A stretch of DNA of 64,000 bases from Myxococcota bacterium (lineage in GTDB: Bacteria > Myxococcota_A > Polyangia > Polyangiales > JANWZI01), in NCBI GenBank assembly GCA_025054695.1, contig JANWZI010000003.1, forward strand, positions 27,698 to 91,697, in the 5' to 3' direction. The notes under the pieces are model-generated. The model did no database searches. It saw only the letters and a program-made list of their open reading frames with translations, and was not told the DNA's origin. How positions within the stretch are numbered: position 1 is the stretch's first letter; each line of letters begins with the position of its first letter. Positions 37,669 through 47,966 of this stretch are shown here, piece after piece. Position numbers and translations under genes: made by a program.

Positions 37669-38589
37669 ATGGGACCGTTCGAGTCGCTGCCGGCCGAGGT
37701 GTCCGTCTACGAGGTCTCGCCGCGCGACGGGCTGCAGAACGAAGCCGTCACCGTGCCGACGACCCGCAAGGTGCGTCTGATCGAGGCCCTTCTCGACGCG
37801 GGCCTGCGCCGGATCGAGGTCGCGTCGTTCGTCTCACCGCGATGGGTCCCGCAACTGGGCGATGCCGAGGAAGTCGTCGGCCTGCTGCCCCGCAGGCCCG
37901 ACGTCGTTTACAGCGCGTTGTGCCCCAACGAGCGGGGCCTCGAGCGCGCCCTGGCCGCGGGCGTGCCGGAGATCGCGGTGTTCCTGAGCGCCTCGGAGAC
38001 GCACAACCGCAAGAACGTCAACAAGACCATCGACGAGACGCTCGCCGTCTTCGAACGCATCGTGCCTCCCGCCGTGCGCGCCGGGCTGCGCGTGCGGGGC
38101 TACGTCTCCACGCTGTTCGGCTGCCCGTATGAAGGCGCGGTCGATCCGCGACGCGGGCTCGAGATCGCGCTGCGTCTGGTCCGCATGGGCTGCTACCAGA
38201 TCTCGCTGAGCGACACGATCGGCGTGGCGACGCCCGTGCAGACACGCGACGTCGTTCGCCTCTTTCAGCGCGAGCTGCCCGACGAAACGCTGGCGCTCCA
38301 CATGCACGACACGCGTGGTACAGCGCTCGCGAACGTGCTCGTCGGCCTCGAGCTCGGCATCCGCACCTTCGACGCGTCGGTCGCGGGGCTCGGCGGCTGC
38401 CCCTACGCACCGGGCGCCGCCGGCAACCTCGCCACCGAGGACCTGGTCTACACGCTGCACGGCATGGGGGTGCGCACGGGCATCGATCTCGAGCGGCTGG
38501 GGGAGGCCGGTCAAGTCGCCGAGGCCATCGTGGGGCGCGAGCTGCCCGGCAAGGTGCACCGGGCCGGGGTGCGATCGCTACGGAGCTGA
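37669..38589 (+). CDS. Hydroxymethylglutaryl-CoA lyase
   Basis: ATG 37669 within track ORF 37471..38589. Motifs are EVSPRDGLQNE, HMHDTRGTALAN and GLGGCPYAPGAAGNLATEDLVY. Confidence 0.93.
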   Translation: MGPFESLPAEVSVYEVSPRDGLQNEAVTVPTTRKVRLIEALLDAGLRRIEVASFVSPRWVPQLGDAEEVVGLLPRRPDVVYSALCPNERGLERALAAGVPEIAVFLSASETHNRKNVNKTIDETLAVFERIVPPAVRAGLRVRGYVSTLFGCPYEGAVDPRRGLEIALRLVRMGCYQISLSDTIGVATPVQTRDVVRLFQRELPDETLALHMHDTRGTALANVLVGLELGIRTFDASVAGLGGCPYAPGAAGNLATEDLVYTLHGMGVRTGIDLERLGEAGQVAEAIVGRELPGKVHRAGVRSLRS

Positions 38590-38626
38590 AGGACCTGCTC
38601 GGAACACGAACCGACGGGAGGTACCG

Positions 38627-39373
38627 GTGAGCACGTTCGAGGCCTTACTCGTCGCAACCCCGATCTGGGGCCTGTCCCTCTCGATCGGTGGCTGGAGCCC
38701 GCCGGTCGCGCCGACGCCCCGCGTGCTCGTCGCGTCGACGTCCCAGGCGACAAGCGCCAGCACCGCCGCCACGACCGAAAGCGACGACGCTTCGAACGAG
38801 GCGTCGTCGCGCGGAAGAGAAGGCGAGGAAGAACCGGACGCCTACGAGCAGGCGTTGCGCGAGAGGGCCTCGCTTGTCTCCCTGCACCGACCACTCGGCA
38901 TCGCCACCTGGGCCGCGATGGGCATCACGCTGCTGCTCGGCGGCTTCCAGTACCACGATACGTACGGGACGTTCTCGGATCTCGAAGATACCCCCTGCAC
39001 CACTGGGCGAGGGCGCATCCTCGACCAGTGCGTCGGAACACCGTGGTGGCATCTTACGGCGGCGCTGGTGACGACGGTTCTCTACGGCGGAACCTTCGCG
39101 CTCGCGCTCGCGATGCCCGACCCGGACGAGGGCGCCTCCGACCAAAGCGACTTCGGCCGACGACTACGGCTCCACAAGACCCTGCGGTGGGTTCACTTCG
39201 GCGGCATGGTGCTTCAAATGACCCTCGGCTTCGTCGTCGCCAATGGCTGGCGGTTCGGTCTGGACCGGGCAACGGACTACGAAACGCTTCGCGCCCTGGC
39301 CACCGTCCACATGGTGTCGGGCATGCTCACCTGGGGCGCGCTGACCTGGGCAGGGGCGCTCATGGTCTTCTGA
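38627..39373 (+). CDS. Hypothetical integral membrane protein
   Basis: GTG 38627, preceded by GGGAGG, in the frame of track ORF 38315..39373; 248 aa. It has an acidic low-complexity stretch and then about 4 TM helices. I recognise no family. Confidence 0.5.
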   Translation: MSTFEALLVATPIWGLSLSIGGWSPPVAPTPRVLVASTSQATSASTAATTESDDASNEASSRGREGEEEPDAYEQALRERASLVSLHRPLGIATWAAMGITLLLGGFQYHDTYGTFSDLEDTPCTTGRGRILDQCVGTPWWHLTAALVTTVLYGGTFALALAMPDPDEGASDQSDFGRRLRLHKTLRWVHFGGMVLQMTLGFVVANGWRFGLDRATDYETLRALATVHMVSGMLTWGALTWAGALMVF

Positions 39374-39383
39374 CGAGGACTGC

Positions 39384-39531
39384 AGCTCGGATGCGGGCTC
39401 CGACTCGGACTCTGGCTCGGGATCGAGCCCGGACGCGGACTCGGTCTCGGTCTCGGACTCGGGCTCGAGCTCGGACTCGGAATCGGACTCGGAAACGGAC
39501 TCGGACGCGGACGCGGACTCGGCTCGGTCTC
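39384..39531 (+). repeat. Hexamer-periodic intergenic repeat array R9
   Basis: GGCTCG/GACTCG/GGTCTC/GACGCG units fill the gap between convergent stops at 39373 and 39553. Confidence 0.9.
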
Positions 39532-39552
39532 CCGTTCGAACGTGCGTGTGGC

Positions 39553-40668
39553 TCAGGTCTCGACGGGCAGCGCGTACGCATCCGCCTGGCGCAGCGGCGG
39601 CAGCGCGGCGGCGCGCACGAGCAAGGTTCGAGCCGCCCAAAGGTCGCGGAAGATGCGGTACCGCAGGGCCGTCGTGTCGAGGTAGTCGACCCCCGACGAA
39701 CCCCCGGTTCCGGTGCGCCGTCCGATGACGCGCTCGACCATGCGCGCATGACGCTGTCGGAACAGGACGAAGGCCTGCTCGAGCGCGATGAGCGCATCGA
39801 GCACCTCGCGCGGCCAGGCGAGCAGCGGCAGCTCGCGGTAGCTTTCGATGAAGACGGCGGCGGCGCGGATGCGCGCGCGCCTGCGTCGCTCGGGCTCGGG
39901 TCGATCCAGTGCGAGCAGGAACGCGCGGGCCTGCGCGATTTCGTCGGCGAAGCGCGCCGCGAGCCGCTCGCGGTCCGCGTCGCCGGGCGCGTGGGCCAAG
40001 GCCGTCCGCCGCGCGGCGTCGACCTCCGCGGCCTGCGCCGCGCAGTACGCCTCGACGAAGGCGCGCACGCGGGCCTCGTCGTCGGGATCGTCCGGGCGGC
40101 TGCCCTCAATGGGCGTGCGGTAAAGCCACGCGTCGATGGCCTCCCGCAGCGTCGGCCGGTCGACGAGACGGAGCGCGACGCGGCGATAGGCGGCAGACTC
40201 CGATCCGTCGGGCTCCCGCAGGGCATCGAGGTAGCTGCGTTCGTGGCCCAAGGGGATTCGGTCCTCGTCGGGCAGCCCGAGCAAAATCTCGATCTCGCGC
40301 ATCTGCGCGGACTGGAAGCCGCTCGCCGGCGAGAGCTTGTCGCGGAACGCGAGGTAGTCGCGCGTCGTCATCGTCTCCATGAGCGCGAACTGATCGGCGG
40401 CGAGCCGGAACAGCAACTCCATGCGGCGCAGCCCGCGCGTAGCCGGAGCGAGCGAGGCCTCCGGCACCGACGGGCGGGCGAAGAGGTCACGGACGGTCAC
40501 CAGCTCGCGCAGGGCGAGCTTGAACCACAGCTCGTCGACCTGGTGGACGACGAGGAACATGACCTCGTCGTTGCTCAGGCGCGACTCGTCGTCGTCGACA
40601 CCCCTTTGCAACGAGAGCAGCGACTCGACCCGGATGTAGTCCCAGTACGTGGTCGGCTTGCGCGACAT
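39553..40668 (-). CDS. kynA: Tryptophan 2,3-dioxygenase
   Basis: ATG 40668 (MSRKPTTYWDYIRVESLL...) within track ORF 39553..40740. Motifs are FLVVHQVDELWFK, SGFQSAQMREIE and GTGGSSGVDYL. Confidence 0.88.
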   Translation of the reverse strand: MSRKPTTYWDYIRVESLLSLQRGVDDDESRLSNDEVMFLVVHQVDELWFKLALRELVTVRDLFARPSVPEASLAPATRGLRRMELLFRLAADQFALMETMTTRDYLAFRDKLSPASGFQSAQMREIEILLGLPDEDRIPLGHERSYLDALREPDGSESAAYRRVALRLVDRPTLREAIDAWLYRTPIEGSRPDDPDDEARVRAFVEAYCAAQAAEVDAARRTALAHAPGDADRERLAARFADEIAQARAFLLALDRPEPERRRRARIRAAAVFIESYRELPLLAWPREVLDALIALEQAFVLFRQRHARMVERVIGRRTGTGGSSGVDYLDTTALRYRIFRDLWAARTLLVRAAALPPLRQADAYALPVET

Positions 40669-40702
40669 CGCCGCGGACCCTAACGGCCCCTGCCCGACCC
40701 GA

Positions 40703-41152
40703 TCAACGCACCGGCGGTCGACGGCCCCGTGCGGAGGCATCCCCCACCCCGTCGGTCACGCCCGCCCGGAGGCGGGGGCCCGACGCCGGCACCTGCGCGC
40801 GTCGCGCCTCGAGAAGACGTTCCACGGTCGAGAGCAGTCCGTCGAGCGGAAACGGCTTGCGGAGGACCGCAGCAAAGCGCCCGCGTTCCTCGTCCGAAAC
40901 GAGATCCGGTGTCGCGGACATCAGAAGCATCAACGGCGCGTGTCGATCGAGGCGCGCGAGCACCTCGGCCGCGAGCGCGCCTCCATTCGCGCCGGGAAGC
41001 AGGTAATCGGTGAGCAGCACGTCGGGTAGCTCCTCCTCGAGCGCCCGGAGCGCTTCGGACGCGTCGGTCACGCGTCGCACGGCCCATCCATGCCGTTCGA
41101 CGGCGCGACGCACCACCGCCGCGAACACCGGATCGTCCTCGACGAGCAGCAT
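40703..41152 (-). CDS. Stand-alone response regulator receiver (CheY-like)
   Basis: This is the C-terminal part of track ORF 40703..42694. The start is ATG 41152 (MLLVEDDP...), or GTG 41158/41170. It has the acidic pocket EDD, the phospho-acceptor LLTDYLLPG and RKPF. There is no output domain. Confidence 0.85.
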   Translation of the reverse strand: MLLVEDDPVFAAVVRRAVERHGWAVRRVTDASEALRALEEELPDVLLTDYLLPGANGGALAAEVLARLDRHAPLMLLMSATPDLVSDEERGRFAAVLRKPFPLDGLLSTVERLLEARRAQVPASGPRLRAGVTDGVGDASARGRRPPVR

Positions 41153-41300
41153 CCGCACGCGGTCCGCCACCCCGTCAGGATGACACGTTCGACGCCGCGA
41201 CGACTCCCTCCCCGTTCCGGGACGTCGCGGAAGTCGGGATGCGAGGCGGTCCAGCCCGTGGCGCCGCCGTTTCGGCGCGCGCACGAATCGGCCGTCGTCC

Positions 41301-41462
41301 GACCCCGAGGCCGATGCCGAGACCGAGTCCGAGTCGGGGCCCGAGCCCGAGGCCGAGACCCAGACCGAGCCAGAGACCGAGTCCGAGTCCGAGCTCGAGC
41401 CGGAGCCTGACTCCGAGACCGAATCCGAGACCGAGTCCGAGCCCGAGCCCGAGTCCGAGCCG
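41301..41462 (-). repeat. Hexamer-periodic intergenic repeat array R10
   Basis: The + strand reads CCGAGG/CCGAGA/CCGAGT/CCGAGC units. It ends 4 nt from the RND permease stop (41467) and lies upstream of the response regulator start. Confidence 0.9.
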
Positions 41463-41466
41463 CCGA

Positions 41467-44400
41467 TTACGGCAGTCGGCCGCCGCCGGGACTCGCGGCC
41501 GTCGATGTTCGTCCGAGCCTCGAGGCCCACGCGCGCACGAGCCCCGTCACGTTGTCGCTCGCGGACTGCACGATGCGATAGAGCGCTGGCACGAGCAGCA
41601 GCGTCGAGAACGTGCACGCGAGCACTCCACAACCGAGGCTGACGGCCATCGGGATCAGGAACCGCGCCTGGACGCTGGGCTCGAGGATGAGCGGCATCAG
41701 CCCGAAGAACGTCGTCAGCGAGGTCAGAACGATGGGCCGCAACCGTCGCTGCCCCGCCTGCACGAGCGCGTCGATGGGATTCATGCCGTCGGCCCGCAGG
41801 CGATTGACGGCATCGACGAGCACCACCGAATCGTTCACGGCGACCCCGGCGAGGGCCACCATGCCCATCATGCTCATCAGAGACAGATCGTAACCCAGGA
41901 CCAGGTGGCCCCACAGCGCTCCGACGAAGGCGAACGGAATCGCGCTGAGCACGACGAGCGGCTGCACGTAACTGCGCAACGGCACCGCGAGCATCGCGAA
42001 CATCGCGAGGACGGCGAGCAGGAACCCCCGCCCGAGCGCTGCCATCGACTCCCCACGGGCTTGCTGCTGACCGCCGGGACGCCAACGCAAGCCGGGGTAC
42101 TCGGCGAGCAGGCCAGGGAGAAGCGTCGACTGGATCGACTCGACGACGCGTTGCTCGTCCGCGCCCGGCACCACGTCGGCCGTCACGCGCACCGAACGCT
42201 GCCCGTCGATGCGCGTGATGACCGTCGGCGCGCGCCCCGTTCGCACCTCGGCGGCCTCCGCGAGCGGGATCTCGCCGCCCTCCGGCGTGCGAAGCACCAT
42301 CTGCTCGAGCGAGGCGAGTCGCTCGCGCTCCTCGCGCGGAGCGCGGACGTAGACGCGCTGTTCGTGCCGCCCGCGCTGTTCCCGCAACGCCTCGACGCCG
42401 AAAAAGAAGGCACGCACCTGCCGGGCGAGGTCGGCCTGGGTGATCCCGACGCTGCGCGCCTCCGGACGGAGCCGCAGGTCGATCTGCTCCTTGCCGGGAC
42501 TGAAGCCGTCGTCGACGTCCGTCACGGCCGCGATCGCGCCCATCCGCCCGGCCAGATCGCGGGCCGCACGCTGCAGAACCCCGACGTCGGGGTGGGACAG
42601 CACGAAGTCGACGGGCTTGCTCGAGGGCCCGCCGGTCGAGAAGTCGAATTCGACCGAATCGGCCCCCGCGATCTCGCCCGTTGCTTCGCGCCACCGCATG
42701 GCGAACTCACGCGCCGAAAACCCACGTCGATCGGAGGGCACGAACAGAAAGGCGACCTCCGCCAGATGGCTGCCCGTGCTGCGCTGGGTACCGCCGGGGC
42801 CACCGCCGCCGGCTCCGGTCATGCCGACCGTCGAGAAGACGCCGCGGCGCACCGAGCTCCCTCCCCACCGTTCGGATAAGGTCAGCCCCGCGCGCAGCAG
42901 TCTCTGCTGCACCGCACGCGTCGCCTCGACCGGCGTTCCCACGGGCATCGTGACGCGCGCGCGCACGACGTCGCTGTCGATTCGCGGGAAGAACGTCTGC
43001 TTGATGCGCCCCCCGGTGACGAGTCCCCAGCTCGCGACGAACACCGCGACCCCGCAGGCGATCGCCAGCACGGGACGCCGCACAGCGGCCCGAACGCAGG
43101 GTGAATACAGCGTTCGGCTTACCCATTGCAGGCCTCGGCTCACCTGGACGCGCGGCCAGCTCCACCACGGCTCGCGCGACGCGCTCGCGACGGCGCGGCG
43201 CGAATGTCCCAGATGCGCTGGCAGCACGAACAGCGACTCGAACAGCGAAAGCAGCAAGACGGTGATGACGACGATCGGAATCTGCTGAAAGAACTTGCCG
43301 AGCATGCCGGGTACGAACAGCAGCGGAACGAACGCCACGACGGTGGTCAGGACGCTGAAGACCACCGGGACGGCCACCTCGCGGACGCCGGCGACCGCGG
43401 CTTCGACCCCTTGCAAGCCCCGTTCCCGTGCCGCCGTCACGGCCTCGCCCACGACGATGGCATCGTCGACGACGATGCCGAGGGTGAGGATGAAGGCGAA
43501 CATCGAGATCATGTTGATGGACGCGTCGAGCGCCGGCATCAGCAGCAACGTGCCCGCGAAGCTGACCGGGATGCCGGCCGCGACCCAGAACGAAGTGCGC
43601 CCATCGAGGAACAGCGCGAGCACGAGCAGCACGAGCAGCAGGCTCTGCAGTCCGTTGCGCCGCAACAGTTCCATGCGGCTCTCGAACATCTCCGAGCGAT
43701 CGTTCCAGATGGCGAGGCGAAGGCCGGCGGGCAGCCGGTCGGCGTGCTCCGTGGCGTACCGCCGCACCGTCTGCGCGATCTCGAGCGGTTTCTGGTCGCC
43801 GCTGCGGTACACGGTGAGCATGACCGCCGGCTCGCCGTCGTAGCGAGCCTCTTGCTCCGTCTCCGTGAAGCCATCGCGAATCGTCGCGATGTCGCCGACC
43901 CGCAGCACCGAACCGTCGGGGCGCGCACGCACCACGATGTCGGCGATTTCGGCGGCCGTTCGCCGGCGCTCCGCGGTGCGGACGAGCACTTCGCCCCGCG
44001 CGGTCCGCACGGCGCCGGCGGGCAGCTCAACCGATCCGGCCCGGATCGCGCGCGCGATCTCGTCGAGCGTCAGCCCGTGCTCGCGCAGGGCGGCGGAAGC
44101 GACTTCCACGTGCATCTCGAGCGGCGGCAAACCGACCACATCGACCGCCGTGATGTGCGGCTCCGCGAGCAGGTCGGCGCGCACGCGATCGGCCGCGGCG
44201 CGCAGCGTGTGCAGGTCGGCGTTCCCGTAAATGACCAGGCCGATGACCTCGCCGCGCGTGCTCGCCAAGCTGACGATGGGCCGCTCGGCATCGGCCGGCA
44301 GCGACGCGATGCGCGAGACCGCGGCCTGCACGTCCGCCAGGGCCCGGCGCGCGTCGGTGCCGAGCAGCAGTTCGACCGCGACGACCGCCATCCCTTCGGC

Positions 44401-44691
44401 CGCGGTGGTGCGCACCTCCTTGACTCCGTCCAGGCCACGCACCGCCTCCTCGACGGCGAGCCCGATGCCTTGCTCGACCTCGAGGGGGCTCGCGCCGGGA
44501 TAGGGAACCTGAACCAGCACGAGGTCGAGCTCGAACTCGGGGAACACCTCCTGCCGAATCGAGGGCAGCGCGACGAGGCCCCCGAGCAGCAGAAACGCCA
44601 TCGCGAGGTTGGCGAGCACCGGATTTCGCGCCGCGGCCGCGAGCAGTCCGCCGCGTTCGCGCGCGGGCTCCGTGGACGGCCGCCCTCCCAT
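41467..44691 (-). CDS. RND efflux transporter permease (AcrB/AcrD/AcrF family)
   Basis: ATG 44691 within track ORF 41467..44805. It has a 12-TM architecture with two large periplasmic loops and the conserved TM4 motif [13 protein letters not shown]. Confidence 0.95.
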   Translation of the reverse strand: MGGRPSTEPARERGGLLAAAARNPVLANLAMAFLLLGGLVALPSIRQEVFPEFELDLVLVQVPYPGASPLEVEQGIGLAVEEAVRGLDGVKEVRTTAAEGMAVVAVELLLGTDARRALADVQAAVSRIASLPADAERPIVSLASTRGEVIGLVIYGNADLHTLRAAADRVRADLLAEPHITAVDVVGLPPLEMHVEVASAALREHGLTLDEIARAIRAGSVELPAGAVRTARGEVLVRTAERRRTAAEIADIVVRARPDGSVLRVGDIATIRDGFTETEQEARYDGEPAVMLTVYRSGDQKPLEIAQTVRRYATEHADRLPAGLRLAIWNDRSEMFESRMELLRRNGLQSLLLVLLVLALFLDGRTSFWVAAGIPVSFAGTLLLMPALDASINMISMFAFILTLGIVVDDAIVVGEAVTAARERGLQGVEAAVAGVREVAVPVVFSVLTTVVAFVPLLFVPGMLGKFFQQIPIVVITVLLLSLFESLFVLPAHLGHSRRAVASASREPWWSWPRVQVSRGLQWVSRTLYSPCVRAAVRRPVLAIACGVAVFVASWGLVTGGRIKQTFFPRIDSDVVRARVTMPVGTPVEATRAVQQRLLRAGLTLSERWGGSSVRRGVFSTVGMTGAGGGGPGGTQRSTGSHLAEVAFLFVPSDRRGFSAREFAMRWREATGEIAGADSVEFDFSTGGPSSKPVDFVLSHPDVGVLQRAARDLAGRMGAIAAVTDVDDGFSPGKEQIDLRLRPEARSVGITQADLARQVRAFFFGVEALREQRGRHEQRVYVRAPREERERLASLEQMVLRTPEGGEIPLAEAAEVRTGRAPTVITRIDGQRSVRVTADVVPGADEQRVVESIQSTLLPGLLAEYPGLRWRPGGQQQARGESMAALGRGFLLAVLAMFAMLAVPLRSYVQPLVVLSAIPFAFVGALWGHLVLGYDLSLMSMMGMVALAGVAVNDSVVLVDAVNRLRADGMNPIDALVQAGQRRLRPIVLTSLTTFFGLMPLILEPSVQARFLIPMAVSLGCGVLACTFSTLLLVPALYRIVQSASDNVTGLVRAWASRLGRTSTAASPGGGRLP

Positions 44692-44767
44692 CTCCCCCGA
44701 GTCTCCGACCTGGCTCACGGCCGCCCCGGCCGGACGTCGGCTCCGGCACGACGAGGGCCCGCCGCGA

Positions 44768-46024
44768 TCACGACGCGCTCCCCGGAGGCGTGCGCACGGC
44801 CTCACTCTGCACCGGGCCGCTCGTGGAACGAGCGCCGCTCGACGTCACCTCGCCCACGACGCGCAACGGCATCCCGGGCGCCACGTCGGACAGGGGCGAA
44901 GCGACGACGCGGTCGCCGGCGCGAAGCCCCGCACGTGCATAGACCGCGTCCGCGTCGCGCCAGACCACGTCCAGCCGTACCTGCTCGAGTCGATCCCCCG
45001 GCCCGACCCGACGCACCGTATCGTCGTCGTGGACGAACGCGCGCGGCACGCGCACCACCGATTCGAGCCGCCCGGCTGCAATGCGCACGTGCACGAATGC
45101 ACCGAGGAGCAGCGGCAGCCCCCCGTCGGAGCGTCTCAGGCCGAGCGGATCGTCGATCTCGACGAGCAGCCGCGCCATGCGCCCGGCCGGATCCAGGCTA
45201 CCCAGCAACCGCAGTACGCGTCCCGTGCGCTCGACGCGGACGCTCCCGCTCCGGTGCACGACGTGCGCCGGCGCTCCTTCCGTCTGACCGCCGATGCCGG
45301 GAATGGCGATCGCACCGAGCTGGTCGACCGGAACCGAGACCTGCACCCAGTAGTGCTCGGTCCCCACGAGCGTCGCGAGGCGCGAGGTCGGACCGACCAG
45401 TTGACCGACGTCGACGTTTCGCTCGAGCACCAGGGCGTCGAACGGCGCCACGAGCAGCGTACGCGAGAGGGTGGTGCGCGCTTGCTGAATCCCCGCCTCC
45501 GCCGCGCGGATCTGAGCCTCGGCGGCACGCAGATGGGGCTCGCGCAGCGCGAGCGCGCGACCCTCGGGCGTCGCCGAGAACCCCTCGCCCAGTCGAGCGA
45601 GCTCCCGCTCGGCGACCAGGCGGCGGCTGCGCTCGGTCTCGGCGGTCAGTCGGCTCTGCTCTAGTTGCGCACTGTGCACGACGAGCTGCGTGCGCACATC
45701 CCTCGCGTCGAGGCGCACCAGCGGCTCGCCGGCGCGCACGACGGCACCGGGCACCAGGCGCGGGTTCTGCCAGACCACGCGCGCCTGCAGCTCGGGCTGC
45801 ACGACCACCTGTCGAGCGGCGACCACCGTGCCCGAAGCCTCGACGGCGACGTCGTACGAGCCGACCTCCGCCCTCCAGATTTCGACCGGCACGCCGGGCG
45901 AGGCGCGTCCCTCCCGTCGCTCCACGTGCGGCGCCGTGGCGACCAGTGCTCGGTGCACGCCCACGCCGGCCGCGACGACGAGCACGGGAAGCAGGAGGCG
46001 CGACGCGGTGCGGAGCCCCTTCAT
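44768..46024 (-). CDS. RND efflux periplasmic adaptor (membrane fusion protein, HlyD family)
   Basis: ATG 46024 overlaps the upstream stop (ATGA), in the frame of track ORF 44768..47278. It has an N-terminal anchor (LLLPVLVVAAGVGV) and a coiled-coil hairpin (AQLEQSRLTAETERSRRLV...AEAQIRAAEAGIQQARTTL). A beta-barrel region is present. Confidence 0.9.
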   Translation of the reverse strand: MKGLRTASRLLLPVLVVAAGVGVHRALVATAPHVERREGRASPGVPVEIWRAEVGSYDVAVEASGTVVAARQVVVQPELQARVVWQNPRLVPGAVVRAGEPLVRLDARDVRTQLVVHSAQLEQSRLTAETERSRRLVAERELARLGEGFSATPEGRALALREPHLRAAEAQIRAAEAGIQQARTTLSRTLLVAPFDALVLERNVDVGQLVGPTSRLATLVGTEHYWVQVSVPVDQLGAIAIPGIGGQTEGAPAHVVHRSGSVRVERTGRVLRLLGSLDPAGRMARLLVEIDDPLGLRRSDGGLPLLLGAFVHVRIAAGRLESVVRVPRAFVHDDDTVRRVGPGDRLEQVRLDVVWRDADAVYARAGLRAGDRVVASPLSDVAPGMPLRVVGEVTSSGARSTSGPVQSEAVRTPPGSAS

Positions 46025-47529
46025 GGCGAATTGGCCTGCGCAGGGAGCGTGCCACCGAGCGCACGGACCAGCTGGACCCAATGCGAAAGAAGCTGACGGC
46101 GCGCGAGCAAGAGCTGCTGCTCGGTCGCGTGCACCGCGCCCAGCGCCGTGGCGACGGGAAGGTAGTCGCCGAGCAGCCCCGCCGCGTAGCGTTCGCGCGC
46201 CTCGCGGAGCGTCGCGGCGGCACTGTCGCGTCGCGCCTCGAGCGCGGCGATGACCTCGCGCTGACTGCGCTCGGCGGCGAGCGCCGACTCGACCTCCGAA
46301 AGAGCCGTCAGCAACACCTGCGCGAGCTGATGAAGCCGCTCGCGCGCCACCGCCTCGGCCTGCTCGACCGCGGCGGCCCGGCGACCGCCGTCGACCAAGG
46401 GCACGCTCAGCGAACCTCCCACCGAATACGACCAGCGCTCGAGCACGCTGCGCAGCTCGGGCGAGCTCCACCCGAACGATCCCGTCAGCACGAGCCGCGG
46501 CCAGCGCTCGGCGACGGCGGCCCCGACGCGACGGTCCGCCGCCTCCAGACGCGCTCGCGCGGCACGCACGTCGGGCCGGTTGCGCAACAGGTCGGAGGGC
46601 GCTCCGGGGTCGAACGGACGCGGCGGCTCCGGCAGCTCGTCGCGCGTGCCCACGTCCAGCTCTCCCGGCGCGATCCCGACCAGCAGGGCGAGCCGCACGA
46701 TCGCCTGGCGCTCGGCGCCCTCGGTGGCCGCCCGCTGCGCGCGCGTCGCGTCGAGTTGCTGGCGCTGGGTGAAGACGTCGAGCGCGCTGGACAACCCCTG
46801 CGCGAATCGCAGCTCGAGCAACTCGAGGTAGGTGCGCTGCGTCTCGAGCTGCTCGTCGAGCAACCGGGCGAGCGCCCGCTGGTGAACGACGTCGAGCCAG
46901 GCCTCGACGACCGCGGCCGCCACGCTCGTTTCCAGAGCCCGCGTCTCCTCCGCCGCGGCGCGCGCATCGAGCTCGGCTCCTCGCACGGCGGCGTCGACGC
47001 GCCGGAACACGTCGAGCTCCCACGCCACGGGCACGGACGCCGAGAACGTGTCGGTCTCGACCACCCTCGTCCCGAGCGGCTCGGGAAGCGAGACGTTCTG
47101 ACGCCTGCGCGAGACCTCGATTTGCGCCGACACTTGCGGCCACCAGCGCCCCGCCGCGATCTGGTCGCGCGCCGCGAGCGCCTGGTCGGCCCGGGCCCGC
47201 GCCACCAGGAGCTGCGGGCTGGCGGCGCGCGCTCGTTCCACGAGGTCGTCGAGCGCCGGATCTCCGAAGAGCTGCCACCAGTTTCGCGCGGGGGTGTCGC
47301 TCCGCGGCGACTCGGCTCCGAGGGCGAGGCGACGGCCGTCGCGGGGAACACGACCGCCAGCGCCGTCGTCACCCGAGGCATATCGGTCGGGAACGAAGGT
47401 CTGAGCGTCGGAGCGCAGCGTCGATCGGTACGGCAGGCACGCCGCAGGTGCCGTCGAAACGACGCCGACGAGAATCGCCGCCAGTCGAACGAACACACCG
47501 CCGGCGCGCGAGCCGTGGACGGGGAGCAC
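46021..47529 (-). CDS. Outer membrane efflux protein (TolC/NodT family)
   Basis: Start at GTG 47529 (or GTG 47496) within track ORF 46021..47856. It has the lipobox-like VSTAPAAC and the OMF signature NWWQLFGDPALDDLVERA. Two tandem TolC repeats are present. Confidence 0.88.
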   Translation of the reverse strand: MLPVHGSRAGGVFVRLAAILVGVVSTAPAACLPYRSTLRSDAQTFVPDRYASGDDGAGGRVPRDGRRLALGAESPRSDTPARNWWQLFGDPALDDLVERARAASPQLLVARARADQALAARDQIAAGRWWPQVSAQIEVSRRRQNVSLPEPLGTRVVETDTFSASVPVAWELDVFRRVDAAVRGAELDARAAAEETRALETSVAAAVVEAWLDVVHQRALARLLDEQLETQRTYLELLELRFAQGLSSALDVFTQRQQLDATRAQRAATEGAERQAIVRLALLVGIAPGELDVGTRDELPEPPRPFDPGAPSDLLRNRPDVRAARARLEAADRRVGAAVAERWPRLVLTGSFGWSSPELRSVLERWSYSVGGSLSVPLVDGGRRAAAVEQAEAVARERLHQLAQVLLTALSEVESALAAERSQREVIAALEARRDSAAATLREARERYAAGLLGDYLPVATALGAVHATEQQLLLARRQLLSHWVQLVRALGGTLPAQANSP

Positions 47530-47577
47530 GGGAATGGAGCGAAGCCGGATCCCGGCGGCGGTCGGGTTTCTCGATCG

Positions 47578-47660
47578 CGGCTCGAAGTCGGGCTCAGACT
47601 GCGGCGCGCGCGCGAACTCGGCCTCGGTCTGCGACACCGACTCAGCCTCCGGCTCGTTCG
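47578..47660 (+). repeat. Hexamer-periodic intergenic repeat array R11 (degenerate)
   Basis: Weaker run (GGCTCG AAGTCG GGCTCA GACTGC ... AACTCG GCCTCG GTCTGC ... GACTCA GCCTCC GGCTCG). It lies in the divergent region between the efflux operon and the TatT-like gene. Confidence 0.6.
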
Positions 47661-47966
47661 CGCCCGACCACGCCTCGCTCTCATCCAACCCGATCACGGC
47701 GGTCGGACCGTCCCCGGTGTGGCGGTCGCGTCGCGCGCGGCCGGCGAAACGGAGACGACCTCGCCCCGGCCACGGCCTCCCGTCGTTTCGGACCAGACCC
47801 GGACCGGCCCCCGCAGGCCGAATGGGCCCCGTCCCGCCGACGCTCCGGCCACACACGCGCCTTTAGCCCGAACCATCGCCAGGTCAATCGGCCCGTGCGC
47901 AGACGGACGTCGCAGCCGGCACTCCCGTTGACTGTGGCGTCCGACTTCTGCAAGGCTCGCGCCCCG

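Noticed and set aside
43126-47931. Very long ORFs opposite or out of frame to real genes. These are 43126..47931 + (1601 aa), 2151..4910 -, 4519..7365 -, 18744..21545 -, 30327..32906 -, 29098..30717 -, 55600..57753 -, 12411..14228 -, 22263..25919 upper part, and many others.
   Set aside because: Their products are monotonous Arg/Ala/Gly/Pro strings with no recognisable domains. Each overlaps a gene with strong family-level evidence in another frame. Such shadow ORFs are expected at this GC content because stop codons are AT-rich.
47880-47940. GGCAC-TCCCG-TTGAC upstream of the TatT-like gene as a sigma54 promoter.
   Set aside because: The spacing is correct, but the invariant -12 GC is GA. 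The TTGAC could equally be a sigma70 -35 element, but no acceptable -10 follows. Left unannotated.
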